64,000 bases of DNA from Lachnospiraceae bacterium (GTDB lineage Bacteria > Bacillota_I > Bacilli_A > RFN20 > CAG-826): assembly GCA_963661135.1 (NCBI GenBank), contig CAVKZO010000001.1:42051-106050 (forward strand), given 5' to 3'. The first letter of the stretch is position 1. Every line of letters begins with the position of its first letter. This document shows, piece by piece, positions 31,162 through 42,077 of this stretch. A program made the translations under genes and the position numbers. Below the pieces are notes generated by a model. It ran no database searches. It was given only the letters and a program-made list of their open reading frames with translations, and was not told where the DNA came from.

Positions 31162-32439
31162 TTATTTAATTGGTTTTAAAACTTTTAATCCGCCCATATA
31201 TTTTTGTAATGGTTCTGGAATTAATACGCTTCCATCTTCTTGTTGGAATTGCTCTAAGATTGCTGGGAATACACGGCTTGTTGCTAATCCTGATCCGTTT
31301 AATGTATGCATATAATGCATTTTTCCATCACTTCCTTTATATCTCATCATGCCTCTTCTAGCTTGATAATCTCTTGCGTTTGAAACACTACTAACTTCTT
31401 TATAAATCTTTAATGAAGGTAAGTAAACTTCAATATCGTAAGTTCTAGCCATCGAGTGAGAGCAATCTGCTGCAGCAAGTTTAGAGACTCTAAAATGTAA
31501 TCCTAATCCTTCGACTAATTTCTTAGCTTTTTCAACTAATTCTTCAAATGCTCTATCGCTATCTTCTTCAGTTGTATATTCAACCATTTCAACTTTATTA
31601 AATTGATAGCCTCTAATCATACCTCTTTCTTCAGTTCTATATGCTCCAGCTTCTTTTCTATAGCAAGGAGAGTATGCAAAGAATTTCTTTGGAAGTTGAT
31701 TTTCATCTAAAATTTCATTTCTATAATAGTTTACTAATGCTGTTTCAGCTGTAGGAAGTAAGAATTTAAATGGTTCAACATCTTTTAATACAAATACATC
31801 TTGTTCAAATTTAGGGAATTGACCTGCTGTAAAACCACTTTCATAATTTAATAAATGTGGAACCATCATAAATTGGAAATTATCCTTTAAATGGTTTTCA
31901 ATGAAATAATTTAATAATGCCCATTCTAATTGAGCACCTAATCCTGTATAGAACCAGCATCCATGACCACTTACTTTTGCTCCTCTTTCGTAATCAATTA
32001 AGCCTAATGATTCAGCTAAATCATAGTGAGATTTAATTTCAAAACTAAATTCAGGAACATCTTTATAATAATAAATAGGTTTATTATTTTCTTTACCGCC
32101 ACCTAATAAATCTTTATCAGGTAAATTAGGTAATGCATATAAAACTTTATTAATTTGTTCAGTTAATTCTTTTAATTCATCTTCAGATTCTTTATTTTTT
32201 GCAGCTAATTCTTTAACTTTAGCAAAGATAGCATTAACATCTCCACCTTCTTTTTTAACTTGTGGAACTGATTTAGATAATTTATTTTGTTGAGCTTTAT
32301 TTTCTTCAACAGATTTTTGTAAATCTCTTTTTTGATAAACTAAATTGCAAAGTCCATCGATATCAGCTTCAAATTCTTTCTTTTTTAAAGCTTCTTTAAC
32401 ATAATCTTTATTTTCTAATATGTAATTAAGATCAATCAT
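31162..32439 (-). CDS. serS: Seryl-tRNA synthetase
   Basis: N-terminal coiled-coil arm and class II aaRS core (…GYSPCYRKEAG…). 425 aa. Start overlaps upstream gene stop (ATGA). Confidence 0.95.
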   Translation of the reverse strand: MIDLNYILENKDYVKEALKKKEFEADIDGLCNLVYQKRDLQKSVEENKAQQNKLSKSVPQVKKEGGDVNAIFAKVKELAAKNKESEDELKELTEQINKVLYALPNLPDKDLLGGGKENNKPIYYYKDVPEFSFEIKSHYDLAESLGLIDYERGAKVSGHGCWFYTGLGAQLEWALLNYFIENHLKDNFQFMMVPHLLNYESGFTAGQFPKFEQDVFVLKDVEPFKFLLPTAETALVNYYRNEILDENQLPKKFFAYSPCYRKEAGAYRTEERGMIRGYQFNKVEMVEYTTEEDSDRAFEELVEKAKKLVEGLGLHFRVSKLAAADCSHSMARTYDIEVYLPSLKIYKEVSSVSNARDYQARRGMMRYKGSDGKMHYMHTLNGSGLATSRVFPAILEQFQQEDGSVLIPEPLQKYMGGLKVLKPIK

Positions 32440-33446
32440 TTTTCTACCTCTTCAATTTCTTTATATATTTTAATTAAATAAGAACCATAATTAGTTAAAC
32501 TATATTTTTTAGCATATTCATACGCTTCATCTTTTAAACTCTTAAGTATTTGATTGTTATAATCTTCAATGCCGTTTGTCAAAGACTCTAAATCATTATA
32601 AATATACGCATTTTCTTTATCAACTAGAAAGTCTTTAAATGTACTTTGACTCAAAGAGAAAATTTGAGTTTTACTAGCCATGCACTCCATCGATTCACTA
32701 AAATTAGATGGATAAGAATTTATATTTATAAAAATATCAGCGTTATATAATAATGAGACATAGGCATCTTCATCAAGTAAAGGCATATACATAACATTTT
32801 TAGTCCATTTAGAAAAATATTTGTTATTTTTCTTTACTTGATTTAAATATTTATGTTCGCTTAAAACAATATATTTACAATCTTTAAATTTGCTTGCTAT
32901 AAGCGTAATTTTTTTAACTGCTTCTTCATCTTCATCTCTAATTACTGAAACAAACAATTTACTACCTTTATTAATTCCACAAATTCTATAAAAAACATCT
33001 TTAATTATAGAGGTTGTAAAATCAAATTTAGAATATTTTACACTAGGATTTAAAACATAAATTGCACAATAAACACCTAATTTTCTTAAATAATCTTTAC
33101 TCAATTCAGAAGGAACAAATGCAAAATCAAATTTATTAATTTTATCAATTGTAACCTTATTAATTACAAATTCATCTTTATCTTTAAAAAATATTCCATC
33201 ATCTTGTTCACATTCGTTATAGAATAAACAAATTCCGTTATTAATTTTTTTGTATTTAACTTCTAAATCAAAACTAGAAACATCACTCAATTTAAAATAT
33301 TGAGCAACCTTATAGAAAGTAGTCGCGTTTTGATTAACATACGATTCATTATTTAATTCTAATAAACCTTTTATGTTTTTTCTTATACGGCTACTTTCAA
33401 AATAAGTATCTTTATTTTTATAATCAGTATAAATATAAAGTTTCAT
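32436..33446 (-). CDS. Hypothetical protein inserted between gyrA and serS; weak GT-B glycosyltransferase-like C-terminus
   Basis: 336 aa, translationally coupled to both neighbours. C-terminal …FSESMECMASKTQIFS… resembles the GT4 E-x7-E region. No firm assignment. Confidence 0.5.
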   Translation of the reverse strand: MKLYIYTDYKNKDTYFESSRIRKNIKGLLELNNESYVNQNATTFYKVAQYFKLSDVSSFDLEVKYKKINNGICLFYNECEQDDGIFFKDKDEFVINKVTIDKINKFDFAFVPSELSKDYLRKLGVYCAIYVLNPSVKYSKFDFTTSIIKDVFYRICGINKGSKLFVSVIRDEDEEAVKKITLIASKFKDCKYIVLSEHKYLNQVKKNNKYFSKWTKNVMYMPLLDEDAYVSLLYNADIFININSYPSNFSESMECMASKTQIFSLSQSTFKDFLVDKENAYIYNDLESLTNGIEDYNNQILKSLKDEAYEYAKKYSLTNYGSYLIKIYKEIEEVEK

Positions 33447-35989
33447 TATTCCTCTGTTTCTTTCGTTTCAGCTACTGTTTCAGTAGGTTTTTCAACTTCT
33501 TCTTCGACAGTTTCTTCTTTTTCTAAACAAGTGAGTGTAATAACTTTATCATTTTTAAGTTCAATCATTTTAACACCGCTAGAATTTCTTCCGCATTCTC
33601 TAACTTGTGATAAAGAACTTCTTACAACTGTTCCTTTTAAAGTTATGCAAAGGTAATCTTCAGTTCCATTAACAACTTTCATACCGATTAACTTACCTGT
33701 TTTTTCGTTAACTTTAATAGTTTTAACACCGCTAGAACCTCTATGAGTGATTCTATAATCTTCAATCGGAGAAATCTTTCCTAATCCATTTTCACTTAAA
33801 ACAAGTACTTTATTTCCACTTAAACTTGTATCAACTCCAACGACTGTAGATCCTTTTAAATTAATTGCTTTGACACCGCTTGCGCTTCTACCCATCTCTC
33901 TAATTTCATCTTCTTTAAACATACAAAGTTGGCCATCTTCGCTAGCGATCAAAACATAACAATTTCCATCAGTAACTTTTACATCAAACAAATTGTCATC
34001 ATCTTTAAATGTGATAGCTTTTTTACCATTACAATTAATTCTTATAAATTCTTCTAATTCAGTCTTTTTAGCAATACCATTTTTAGTTACGAATAATAAG
34101 TTTTTATCTTTATAATCATCAACTGAGATGATAGAAACTATTGTTTCTTCTTTTTCTAAATTCAATAAGTTTTGGACTGGTATACCTTTACCTTGTCGTC
34201 CACCTTCACTAATTTCGTATCCTCTTTTGCGATAAACCTTACCAGTGCTTGAGAAGAATAAAATATCAGTATGTGTTGAAGCGTTAACTAATTTAGTAAC
34301 GACGTCTCCGCTATTTATTGTTAATCCTTTTACACCCATTCCACCTCTATTTTGAGATTTAAATTCAGAAGTAGACATTCTCTTTAAATAACCATTTTGA
34401 GTTAAAGTAATAACAATGTTATCTTCTGGAATAAAATCTTCATCGTTCAGTGATACGATTGAAGTGCTAATTTCAGTTCTTCTTTCATCATTAAATTTCT
34501 TTTTAATAACTTCTAATTCTTCAATAACTTTTTCTTCAAGATGAATTTCATCAGAAAGTAAGTAGTTATAATTCTTAATATTTTCTAAAAGTAAATTTTG
34601 TTCATCGACAAGTTTAGTTGTTTCAATACCTGTTAATCTTCCTAAAGTCATACTAACAACAGCTTTAGCTTGATCTTCATTAAATGAGAATCTTTCCATT
34701 AACTTATCTTGATAAATTTGAATAGTGCTACTTGCTTTACCAATTTCAACTACCTCATTAATATTTTCTCCGACAACCAATAAAGCTTTAATAATATTAA
34801 TTCTTGCTTCATCTTTTGCTTTTAAAAAGATCGTTCTTCTTTTTACAACACTAACTTGGAATTCTAAATAATATTTGATCAATTCTTTTAATGTTAAAAC
34901 TTTAGGTGCACCATCAACGATACATAAATTAATAACACCAAAACTTACTTCTAATTGAGTATTCTTATATAATTTATTTAAAATTACATTAGGTTCGCAA
35001 TCTCTTCTAACTTCAATTTCAATACGAACATCACTCTTTGAAAAATCTTTTATTGATGTGATACCTTCGATAACTTTGTCTCTAGCTAATTCACCGATTT
35101 TAGCAACTAAATCACCTTTTCTTACTTGATAAGGGATTTCAGTGATAACAATTTTTGATTTATTGTTTGTTTCTTCAATATGAGCTTTTGCTCTAATTTT
35201 AAAAGTACCTCTACCAGTATCATATGCTTGTCTAATTCCACTTAAGCCATGAATTATACCACCAGTTGGGAAATCAGGACCTTTGATGTAATGCATTAAT
35301 TCATCAGTAGCGATCTCTTTATTTTTACTATAAGCGACGATGCCATCGATTACTTCACCTAAATTATGGCTAGGCATCTTTGTAGCCATACCGACAGCGA
35401 TACCATCACTTCCGTTAACTAAAAGGTTAGGGAATCTACATGGTAAAACACTAGGTTCTTCTAAACTACCATCGTAGTTTGACATAAAATCAACTGTATT
35501 ACAGTTAATATCTCTAATTAATTCTTGTGATAATTTATTTAATCTGGATTCTGTGTAACGATAAGCAGCAGCTCCATCACCGTCCATATTACCAAAGTTA
35601 CCATGGCCATCAATAAGAGTGTATCTCAATGAGAATGGTTGAGCCATTCTAACTAAAGTTTCATAAATCGCGCTATCACCATGTGGGTGGTAATTACCCA
35701 TAACATCACCGACAACTTTAGCACATTTTACAAAAGGTTTATCGCTTGTGTAACCTTTTTCATACATCGCATAAATTACACGTCTATGAACAGGTTTAAA
35801 ACCATCTCTAACATCAGGGATAGCACGAGAAACGATAACACTCATCGCATAATCTAAGAAACTTTGTTGAACTTGACCAACAATTTCAGTATCTGTGATT
35901 TTTGGTTCAATTCCAGCTTCAAATTCAGCATTATCTTGTTTAATTTGTTCTTCAGGTGTTAATTCTACATCTTTCTTTTCGTTTTCCAT
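33446..35989 (-). CDS. gyrA: DNA gyrase subunit A
   Basis: …AMSVIVSRAIPDVRDGFKPVHRRVIYAM…HPHGDSAIYETLVRMAQ… QRDR with wild-type Ser. C-terminal Glu-rich tail. Confidence 0.97.
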   Translation of the reverse strand: MENEKKDVELTPEEQIKQDNAEFEAGIEPKITDTEIVGQVQQSFLDYAMSVIVSRAIPDVRDGFKPVHRRVIYAMYEKGYTSDKPFVKCAKVVGDVMGNYHPHGDSAIYETLVRMAQPFSLRYTLIDGHGNFGNMDGDGAAAYRYTESRLNKLSQELIRDINCNTVDFMSNYDGSLEEPSVLPCRFPNLLVNGSDGIAVGMATKMPSHNLGEVIDGIVAYSKNKEIATDELMHYIKGPDFPTGGIIHGLSGIRQAYDTGRGTFKIRAKAHIEETNNKSKIVITEIPYQVRKGDLVAKIGELARDKVIEGITSIKDFSKSDVRIEIEVRRDCEPNVILNKLYKNTQLEVSFGVINLCIVDGAPKVLTLKELIKYYLEFQVSVVKRRTIFLKAKDEARINIIKALLVVGENINEVVEIGKASSTIQIYQDKLMERFSFNEDQAKAVVSMTLGRLTGIETTKLVDEQNLLLENIKNYNYLLSDEIHLEEKVIEELEVIKKKFNDERRTEISTSIVSLNDEDFIPEDNIVITLTQNGYLKRMSTSEFKSQNRGGMGVKGLTINSGDVVTKLVNASTHTDILFFSSTGKVYRKRGYEISEGGRQGKGIPVQNLLNLEKEETIVSIISVDDYKDKNLLFVTKNGIAKKTELEEFIRINCNGKKAITFKDDDNLFDVKVTDGNCYVLIASEDGQLCMFKEDEIREMGRSASGVKAINLKGSTVVGVDTSLSGNKVLVLSENGLGKISPIEDYRITHRGSSGVKTIKVNEKTGKLIGMKVVNGTEDYLCITLKGTVVRSSLSQVRECGRNSSGVKMIELKNDKVITLTCLEKEETVEEEVEKPTETVAETKETEE

Positions 35990-36007
35990 TTTTCCTACCT
36001 CCTAATA

Positions 36008-38083
36008 CTAAATATCAAGGTTCTTGACGAATTTAGCGTTATTTTTAATAAATTCGCTTCTTGGTTCAACTTCTTCACCCATTAAATCGTTAAATATTAA
36101 ATCAGCTGCAGCAGCATCATCAATAGTAACTCTTAACATACTTCTTCCTTTTGGATCCATTGTCGTTTCTTCAAGTTGCTCAGGATCCATTTCACCAAGT
36201 CCTTTGAAACGTGAATAAGGATATCCAGGTTTTAAATCTAATGTTTTCTTTAATATCTCTAATTGATTATCGCTATATGCGTAATATTTTTTACCTTTAA
36301 ATGTAATTTGATAAAGTGGAGGTTGGGCAATATAAACATAACCATGTTCAATTAAAGGTCTCATAAATCTATTGAAGAATGTTAATAACAAAATTCTAAT
36401 GTGAGATCCATCAACATCAGCATCAGTCATGATAACAATTTTATGATATCTAGCTTTTGTAATATCAAAATCATCGTTAAATCCTGCTCCAATTGCGTTA
36501 ATCATGTTTCCGATTTCAGCATTTTCAAATATTCTATGAGATTGGGCTTTTTGAACATTCAAAATCTTACCTCTTAAAGGTAAAATAGCTTGTGTTTTAG
36601 CGTCTCTTCCTAATTTAGCACTACCACCTGCAGAATTACCCTCAACGATAAACAATTCACATTCTTCAGGATTATTAGAAACACAATCTGCTAATTTTCC
36701 AGGAAGTGTAGTTATATCAAGACCGCCTTTTCTTCTGCTATTTTCTCTAGCAGCATTAGCAGCAAGTCTACTGTTATATGCACCTCTAATTTTATCTAAT
36801 ATCTTTGTAGCTTCAACTTTATTTTCGTATAAAAATCTTTCTAATTTTTCTCCAACAACATTAGAAACAATCTTTTTAACTTCACTATTTCCAAGTTTTC
36901 CTTTTGTTTGTCCTTCATATTCAGGATTTGGGTGTTTAACACTTATAACTGCAGTTAAACCTTCTAAACAGTCATTCAATACAATCTTATCTTTATCATT
37001 ATCTTTAAGGAATTTCATTTGTTTAGCGTAAGCATTGATTACTCTAGTTAACGCTAAACCAAAACCTTCTTCATGAGTTCCACCGTTTCCTGTAGAAACA
37101 TTATTACAAAATGATAAAATCTTTTTATTATATTGGGTTGTGTATTGCATAGCAACTTCAACATAAACTTCCTCTTCAACATCGTTTAAAGTGAATTTTT
37201 GAGCTCCGTCACAATAGATAATTGTATCATCGAGTTTATCGTTTTTATTTATAAATGAAACATATTCTTTGATTCCGCCATCATATTTAAATACTTCATT
37301 TTTAACAGGATCAATTCTTTTATCTGTTAATGTAATTTTTATTCCTTTATTTAAAAAGGCCATTTGTCTTAATCTATTACTGATTGTTTCATAATTAAAA
37401 ATAACAGTTTCGGTAAAAATTAATGGATCAGGTTTAAATGTGACAGTTGTGCCTGTATCGTTTAAATCACATGTTCCAATAACTTTTAATCTATCTACAG
37501 GATGTCCACCATTTTCAAATCTAATAAAGTAAATATTTCCGTTTTTTCTAACAGTAACTTCTACCCAAGTTGATAAAGCGTTAACAACACTAGCACCAAC
37601 ACCGTGAAGTCCACCGCTAACTTTATAACCACCATTACCAAATTTACCACCAGCATGTAATTTTGTATAAACAGTTTCAACACCACTAACTCCAGTAGCT
37701 TCAACAATATCAGTAGGAATTCCTCTACCATTATCTTTAACAGTAATAGTGTTATCTTCATTAATTATCACATTAATTTCATTACAATAACCCGCTAAAG
37801 CTTCATCGATTCCGTTATCGACAATTTCCCAAACAAGGTGGTGTAATCCAGTTGAAGAAGTTGAACCGATATACATACCAGGTCTAATTCTTACAGCTTC
37901 AAGACCTTCTAAAACCTTTAAATTTTTACTTGTATAATCTCCAGTAACTTTTTCAAATGTAGTTTCATCACTTACTTCAATAATTTCATCACTGACACCT
38001 TTTTCGATTACGCTTTCCTCTTCAGGTTTCTCACCTTCTTCGTTATTAATTTCTTCATTAATTACGATTTCTTTATCTTCCAT
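36008..38083 (-). CDS. gyrB: DNA gyrase subunit B
   Basis: GHKL ATPase and TOPRIM motifs (…LHAGGKFGNGGYKVSGGLHGVGASVVNALS…EGNSAGGSAK…). ATG at 38083 with GGAGG RBS; the track's 38098 start lies within recF. Confidence 0.97.
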   Translation of the reverse strand: MEDKEIVINEEINNEEGEKPEEESVIEKGVSDEIIEVSDETTFEKVTGDYTSKNLKVLEGLEAVRIRPGMYIGSTSSTGLHHLVWEIVDNGIDEALAGYCNEINVIINEDNTITVKDNGRGIPTDIVEATGVSGVETVYTKLHAGGKFGNGGYKVSGGLHGVGASVVNALSTWVEVTVRKNGNIYFIRFENGGHPVDRLKVIGTCDLNDTGTTVTFKPDPLIFTETVIFNYETISNRLRQMAFLNKGIKITLTDKRIDPVKNEVFKYDGGIKEYVSFINKNDKLDDTIIYCDGAQKFTLNDVEEEVYVEVAMQYTTQYNKKILSFCNNVSTGNGGTHEEGFGLALTRVINAYAKQMKFLKDNDKDKIVLNDCLEGLTAVISVKHPNPEYEGQTKGKLGNSEVKKIVSNVVGEKLERFLYENKVEATKILDKIRGAYNSRLAANAARENSRRKGGLDITTLPGKLADCVSNNPEECELFIVEGNSAGGSAKLGRDAKTQAILPLRGKILNVQKAQSHRIFENAEIGNMINAIGAGFNDDFDITKARYHKIVIMTDADVDGSHIRILLLTFFNRFMRPLIEHGYVYIAQPPLYQITFKGKKYYAYSDNQLEILKKTLDLKPGYPYSRFKGLGEMDPEQLEETTMDPKGRSMLRVTIDDAAAADLIFNDLMGEEVEPRSEFIKNNAKFVKNLDI

Positions 38084-38084
38084 A

Positions 38085-39152
38085 CTACACCTCCTCAATC
38101 ACTGTAGAATTTTCTATCTTGTAATAATGAACATTGTTCATATTTATTTTTTTAGTAGAAGTAATAAAAACTTGCTCTAAATTTTCAAGGAATTTTAATA
38201 ATGATTCTTCATGTTCTTTATCTAATTCACTTAAAACATCATCTAAGATAATTATCGGTTTATCATCACCTTCCGTTAAAAAATAATTTACCATTTTTAA
38301 ACAAATCGCGGACAACCTATTTTCACCTTGGGAACCATATTTTCCAATATCTTTTTTATCAATAAACAATGTAAAATCATCTTTTTGAATGCCATGCATC
38401 GACATTTTATATTTAATTTCATTTTCTTCTTCTTTTTTTAAAAAGAAGTATAATTCTTTATCGTTATTAAAATTACTTATAAAACTTTTATAAACTAATT
38501 TTGCATTAACTTCTTTTAAAAATAGTGTTGAAAATACCTTAGGTAAAATTTTATTTATTTTATTTATAAATTCTTTACGAATTTTACAAATTTCAATATT
38601 TTTCTCAGCTACTTTTTTATTTATAACATCAAGAAGATACTCATCTAAACCATCATTTTTTAATAAAGAATTTTTCTCTTTAAGAATTTTATTATATTCG
38701 ACTATTTTATTAAAATATTCTTTATTGATTTTAGAGATTACAATATCTAAATAATTTCTTCTTTGCCTTGGTGAATCTTTTAAAATATTTACATCATCCG
38801 GAATAAAATAAACAATATTTAAATATTTATTCAATTCACTTAACTTGTTAATTTTTTTATTATTTATTAAAATTCTTTTTCCGGTTTTAGATAATTCGAT
38901 TTCAATATTATTATCGTAACCAAATCTTTCAAATGTAGCTTTTAAATAAGAGTTATTTTCTCCGTCTTTTTTTAAAAGTTTTTCATCATTTGTTCGAAAG
39001 CTTTTCGAAAAAGCAAAATAATAAATTGCTTCGACTAAATTAGTTTTACCTGAAGCGTTATCACCATATAAAAAATTAATTCCTTTATGAAAATCAATAT
39101 AACTTTCAGTATAACTTCTAAAGTTTAATAATTTTACATTTTTAATGTTCAT
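38085..39152 (-). CDS. recF: DNA replication and repair protein RecF
   Basis: MNIKNVKLLNFRSYTE…LYGDNASGKTNLVEAIYYF Walker A. 355 aa. Confidence 0.92.
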   Translation of the reverse strand: MNIKNVKLLNFRSYTESYIDFHKGINFLYGDNASGKTNLVEAIYYFAFSKSFRTNDEKLLKKDGENNSYLKATFERFGYDNNIEIELSKTGKRILINNKKINKLSELNKYLNIVYFIPDDVNILKDSPRQRRNYLDIVISKINKEYFNKIVEYNKILKEKNSLLKNDGLDEYLLDVINKKVAEKNIEICKIRKEFINKINKILPKVFSTLFLKEVNAKLVYKSFISNFNNDKELYFFLKKEEENEIKYKMSMHGIQKDDFTLFIDKKDIGKYGSQGENRLSAICLKMVNYFLTEGDDKPIIILDDVLSELDKEHEESLLKFLENLEQVFITSTKKINMNNVHYYKIENSTVIEEV

Positions 39153-39373
39153 ATCACAATTTCAAAAAACAATTGGTTATCTATTGAAATTTTATATCCT
39201 GGATAAAGTTTTTTGCCCCTTTGCTTACAATTCTCACCATTAACAATAATCGTATGATCAAAGATAAAAACTTTAGCTAAAGAACCGCTATCTATAACAT
39301 CAGCAAATTTTAACATTTGTCCTAATGTTATATATTCAGTTTTAATTTTTATTTTTGAATATTTCTCTTCCAT
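39149..39373 (-). CDS. yaaA: S4-domain RNA-binding protein YaaA
   Basis: 74 aa. ITLGQMLKFADVIDSGSLAKVFI…VNGE S4 fold. Conserved position between dnaN and recF. Confidence 0.75.
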   Translation of the reverse strand: MEEKYSKIKIKTEYITLGQMLKFADVIDSGSLAKVFIFDHTIIVNGENCKQRGKKLYPGYKISIDNQLFFEIVI

Positions 39374-39449
39374 AATTACCCTTTAATATTATATATTAAA
39401 GGGCTTTAAAATTAAAGCGTTTTTTTAAAAACTTGTATTCCTAGTAAGA

Positions 39450-39490
39450 AAATAAAAAAGCGTTTAAATTTTGCCTTTTTAAAACGCTTT
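39450..39490 (-). terminator. Rho-independent terminator after dnaN
   Basis: AAAGCGTTT-(loop)-AAACGCTTT 9-bp stem followed by TTTTTATTTT in minus sense. Confidence 0.5.
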
Positions 39491-39515
39491 AAAATTAATT
39501 TTAAAATTTATTATA

Positions 39516-40643
39516 TTAACTTCTCACTGGAGTAATAAGATGAATAATAGATGGTTCATCTTTACACGAAACTGAAAACGGTTTCATCTCACCTAAGAAA
39601 CTAATAATGACATCTTCACTTTTTAAAGATCTAATTGCATCAATTAAGAAATCACTATTTAAATTAATTTCCAATCTATCACCAGTATATTTGTATAAAG
39701 TTAAATTATCCTGGCTAGTACCATCTTGAGCAGATTTACATGTAAATATTACATTATTTTCACTCATAACTAATTTAACAATATTACCATCATTATTATT
39801 GTTAATATTAAAAATGTTAACTCTTTCTAACGCTGATATTAAATCGTTAGAATTAGCTTCTAAGACGTAATAGAAATTCTTTGGTATTATTCCATCAGTT
39901 AAAGGGAAATCTCCATTTAATAATTTTGTCGATATTAAAGTATCTCCGATTTCGAATATTGCTTTTCTATCGTTAATATTTATTGTAATAGATTCTTCAC
40001 TATCGATTGAACGTAAAATTTCTGTCATTGCTTTAGATGGTATTGTGATAGAAAACTTTTCTGATTCTAAAGGAAAATCCTTTTTAGCTAATCTATATCC
40101 ATCAGTAGCAGTAATCGATATTTTTTCTCCGTTACCTTTGATATTTATACCAGTTAAAATTAATCTGTTGTTTTTATTGCTTGCTGCAAAAGCTACATGT
40201 TGAATTCCATCTACAAATTCTTTTGTATTTAACTTTATTTTTACACTATTTAAAGTGCTAAAATCTAAATTAGGGTAATCGTTAGCATCTATGCAATTTA
40301 GTTTAAAATCACTTCTATCGTTTTTAATACGAGCAATATTATCATCTAAAACTTCAAATGTTAATTCTTCACCATCAATTTTTTTTGCAATTTCAGTAAT
40401 AATATAATTACTAACTAAAATTTCACCTTGTCTAACATCTCTAATTATTTCTTTATCATTTTTAAAGAAAGGTATTGTTGTAGTGATTGCTAAATCATCA
40501 TTACTTCCTGTTAATTCTAAAGAATTTGTAGTTAAAACAATTTTAATATTTGTATTTATTGGTCTAGGACTTTTTAAAGGTATAATTTTTCCTACTTGTA
40601 ATAATGCTTTTAAGAATTCGTTTTTGTTAATAGTAAATTTCAT
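39516..40643 (-). CDS. dnaN: DNA polymerase III beta sliding clamp
   Basis: MKFTINKNEFLKALLQVGKIIP… three-domain clamp, 375 aa, directly downstream of dnaA. Confidence 0.95.
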   Translation of the reverse strand: MKFTINKNEFLKALLQVGKIIPLKSPRPINTNIKIVLTTNSLELTGSNDDLAITTTIPFFKNDKEIIRDVRQGEILVSNYIITEIAKKIDGEELTFEVLDDNIARIKNDRSDFKLNCIDANDYPNLDFSTLNSVKIKLNTKEFVDGIQHVAFAASNKNNRLILTGINIKGNGEKISITATDGYRLAKKDFPLESEKFSITIPSKAMTEILRSIDSEESITININDRKAIFEIGDTLISTKLLNGDFPLTDGIIPKNFYYVLEANSNDLISALERVNIFNINNNNDGNIVKLVMSENNVIFTCKSAQDGTSQDNLTLYKYTGDRLEINLNSDFLIDAIRSLKSEDVIISFLGEMKPFSVSCKDEPSIIHLITPVRS

Positions 40644-40694
40644 ATTTTCTCCTTTTAAATATAATAATAATGTTTGTAGAAATTGTTAATAACT

Positions 40695-42077
40695 TTATAA
40701 AGTAACTTTATTATTCCCTTTTAATCGAGATTTTAACTCTTCAATAGCTAATTTTGTTTGTGTATCTGTTGTTAATAACTGCTCTACTTTATTAACAGAA
40801 TGAATAATAGTTGTATGATCTCTCCCTGAGAAGATTTCTCCTATTTTATCAAGAGACATATTTGTTATTAATGTTCTGATTAAATAGATTGCAATATGTC
40901 TAGCGAATACAATTTGAGCAACTCTTAATTTACCTGTTATTTGATTTACACTTAAATTATAGTATGCAGAAACAGTATTCAAAATTTTATTTGCTGTAAG
41001 CTTATTTTTAGAATCTTTAGAATCAAGTAAATTGTTTAAAGCCTCATAAGCTAAATCTAGTGTAATTTTATCAGCGTGTTGCATATTTTTTATAAAAATA
41101 ATACGATTTAGCGCACCATTTAATTCTCTAATTGAATTTTTAAATTTTTCAGCCATTAAAGAAATTACTTCAGGATCAAAGTCATCTAAAGATAAATTTG
41201 CACCAACAATCTTCTTTTTTAAAATATTTTCGCACATTTCTACAGATGGTTTTGTAATTTGAACAGTTAATCCGTCCATAAATCTAGAAACAAGTCTGGC
41301 ATCAATTCCGTTAAGTTCGCTAGGTAATTTATCGCTAGTTAAAACAACTTGTTTTTTGTTTTGTAAAAAATATTGATAGATATCAAAGAAAAATTCTAAT
41401 GTTTTTGTTTTATCTTTCAACATTTGAATGTCGTCAATTAAGAAAACATCGTAATTTTTAATATATTTTGATAATTGTTCGTTATGATCTGAACCATTAA
41501 CATAATCTATATATTGATATAAAAATTCTTGTGCTGTTACATACAAAATTTTTGAAGATGGTGTTTTTTCTTTAATATAATTTCCTATAGCATTTAATAA
41601 ATGAGTCTTACCTAATCCACTATCACCATAAATAAATAATGGATTATAAAATTTACCTGGAGATGAAGCGACTATTAAACCAGCTTGTGAAGCTTCTTTA
41701 TTGGATGGTCCAACGACAAAACTATCGAAATTAAAGCTAGGATCTAAATTACAATTTTTAAAGAAAACACTATCATTTGTCGCCTCAATTTCTTTAAAAG
41801 GTGTTTTTTGAATCTCTTCTTGTGATGAGAAAATAATTTTAAAATTAGAACCTGTAAGTTTGTTTACTATAGAAGTTATTAAGTCTAAATATTGTTGGTT
41901 TAAAATAGATGCAGAAAGTCTTGAATCGCAGACTGCAATAATTTTATCACCTTGAATTGTGTTTATATAGCTATCTTTTAGAAAAGTGTTGAAAATCATT
42001 TTATCAACTTCATTTTCTAAAATTTGAAGAGTTTTTTGCCAAAGTACAGAAATTTCATTTAAAGTTTTAGTTTCCAT
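40695..42077 (-). CDS. dnaA: Chromosomal replication initiator protein DnaA
   Basis: AAA+ Walker A GDSGLGKTHLLNAIGNY, sensor motifs, C-terminal DnaA-box binding helix (…HTTIIHSVNKVE…). Confidence 0.97.
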   Translation of the reverse strand: METKTLNEISVLWQKTLQILENEVDKMIFNTFLKDSYINTIQGDKIIAVCDSRLSASILNQQYLDLITSIVNKLTGSNFKIIFSSQEEIQKTPFKEIEATNDSVFFKNCNLDPSFNFDSFVVGPSNKEASQAGLIVASSPGKFYNPLFIYGDSGLGKTHLLNAIGNYIKEKTPSSKILYVTAQEFLYQYIDYVNGSDHNEQLSKYIKNYDVFLIDDIQMLKDKTKTLEFFFDIYQYFLQNKKQVVLTSDKLPSELNGIDARLVSRFMDGLTVQITKPSVEMCENILKKKIVGANLSLDDFDPEVISLMAEKFKNSIRELNGALNRIIFIKNMQHADKITLDLAYEALNNLLDSKDSKNKLTANKILNTVSAYYNLSVNQITGKLRVAQIVFARHIAIYLIRTLITNMSLDKIGEIFSGRDHTTIIHSVNKVEQLLTTDTQTKLAIEELKSRLKGNNKVTL

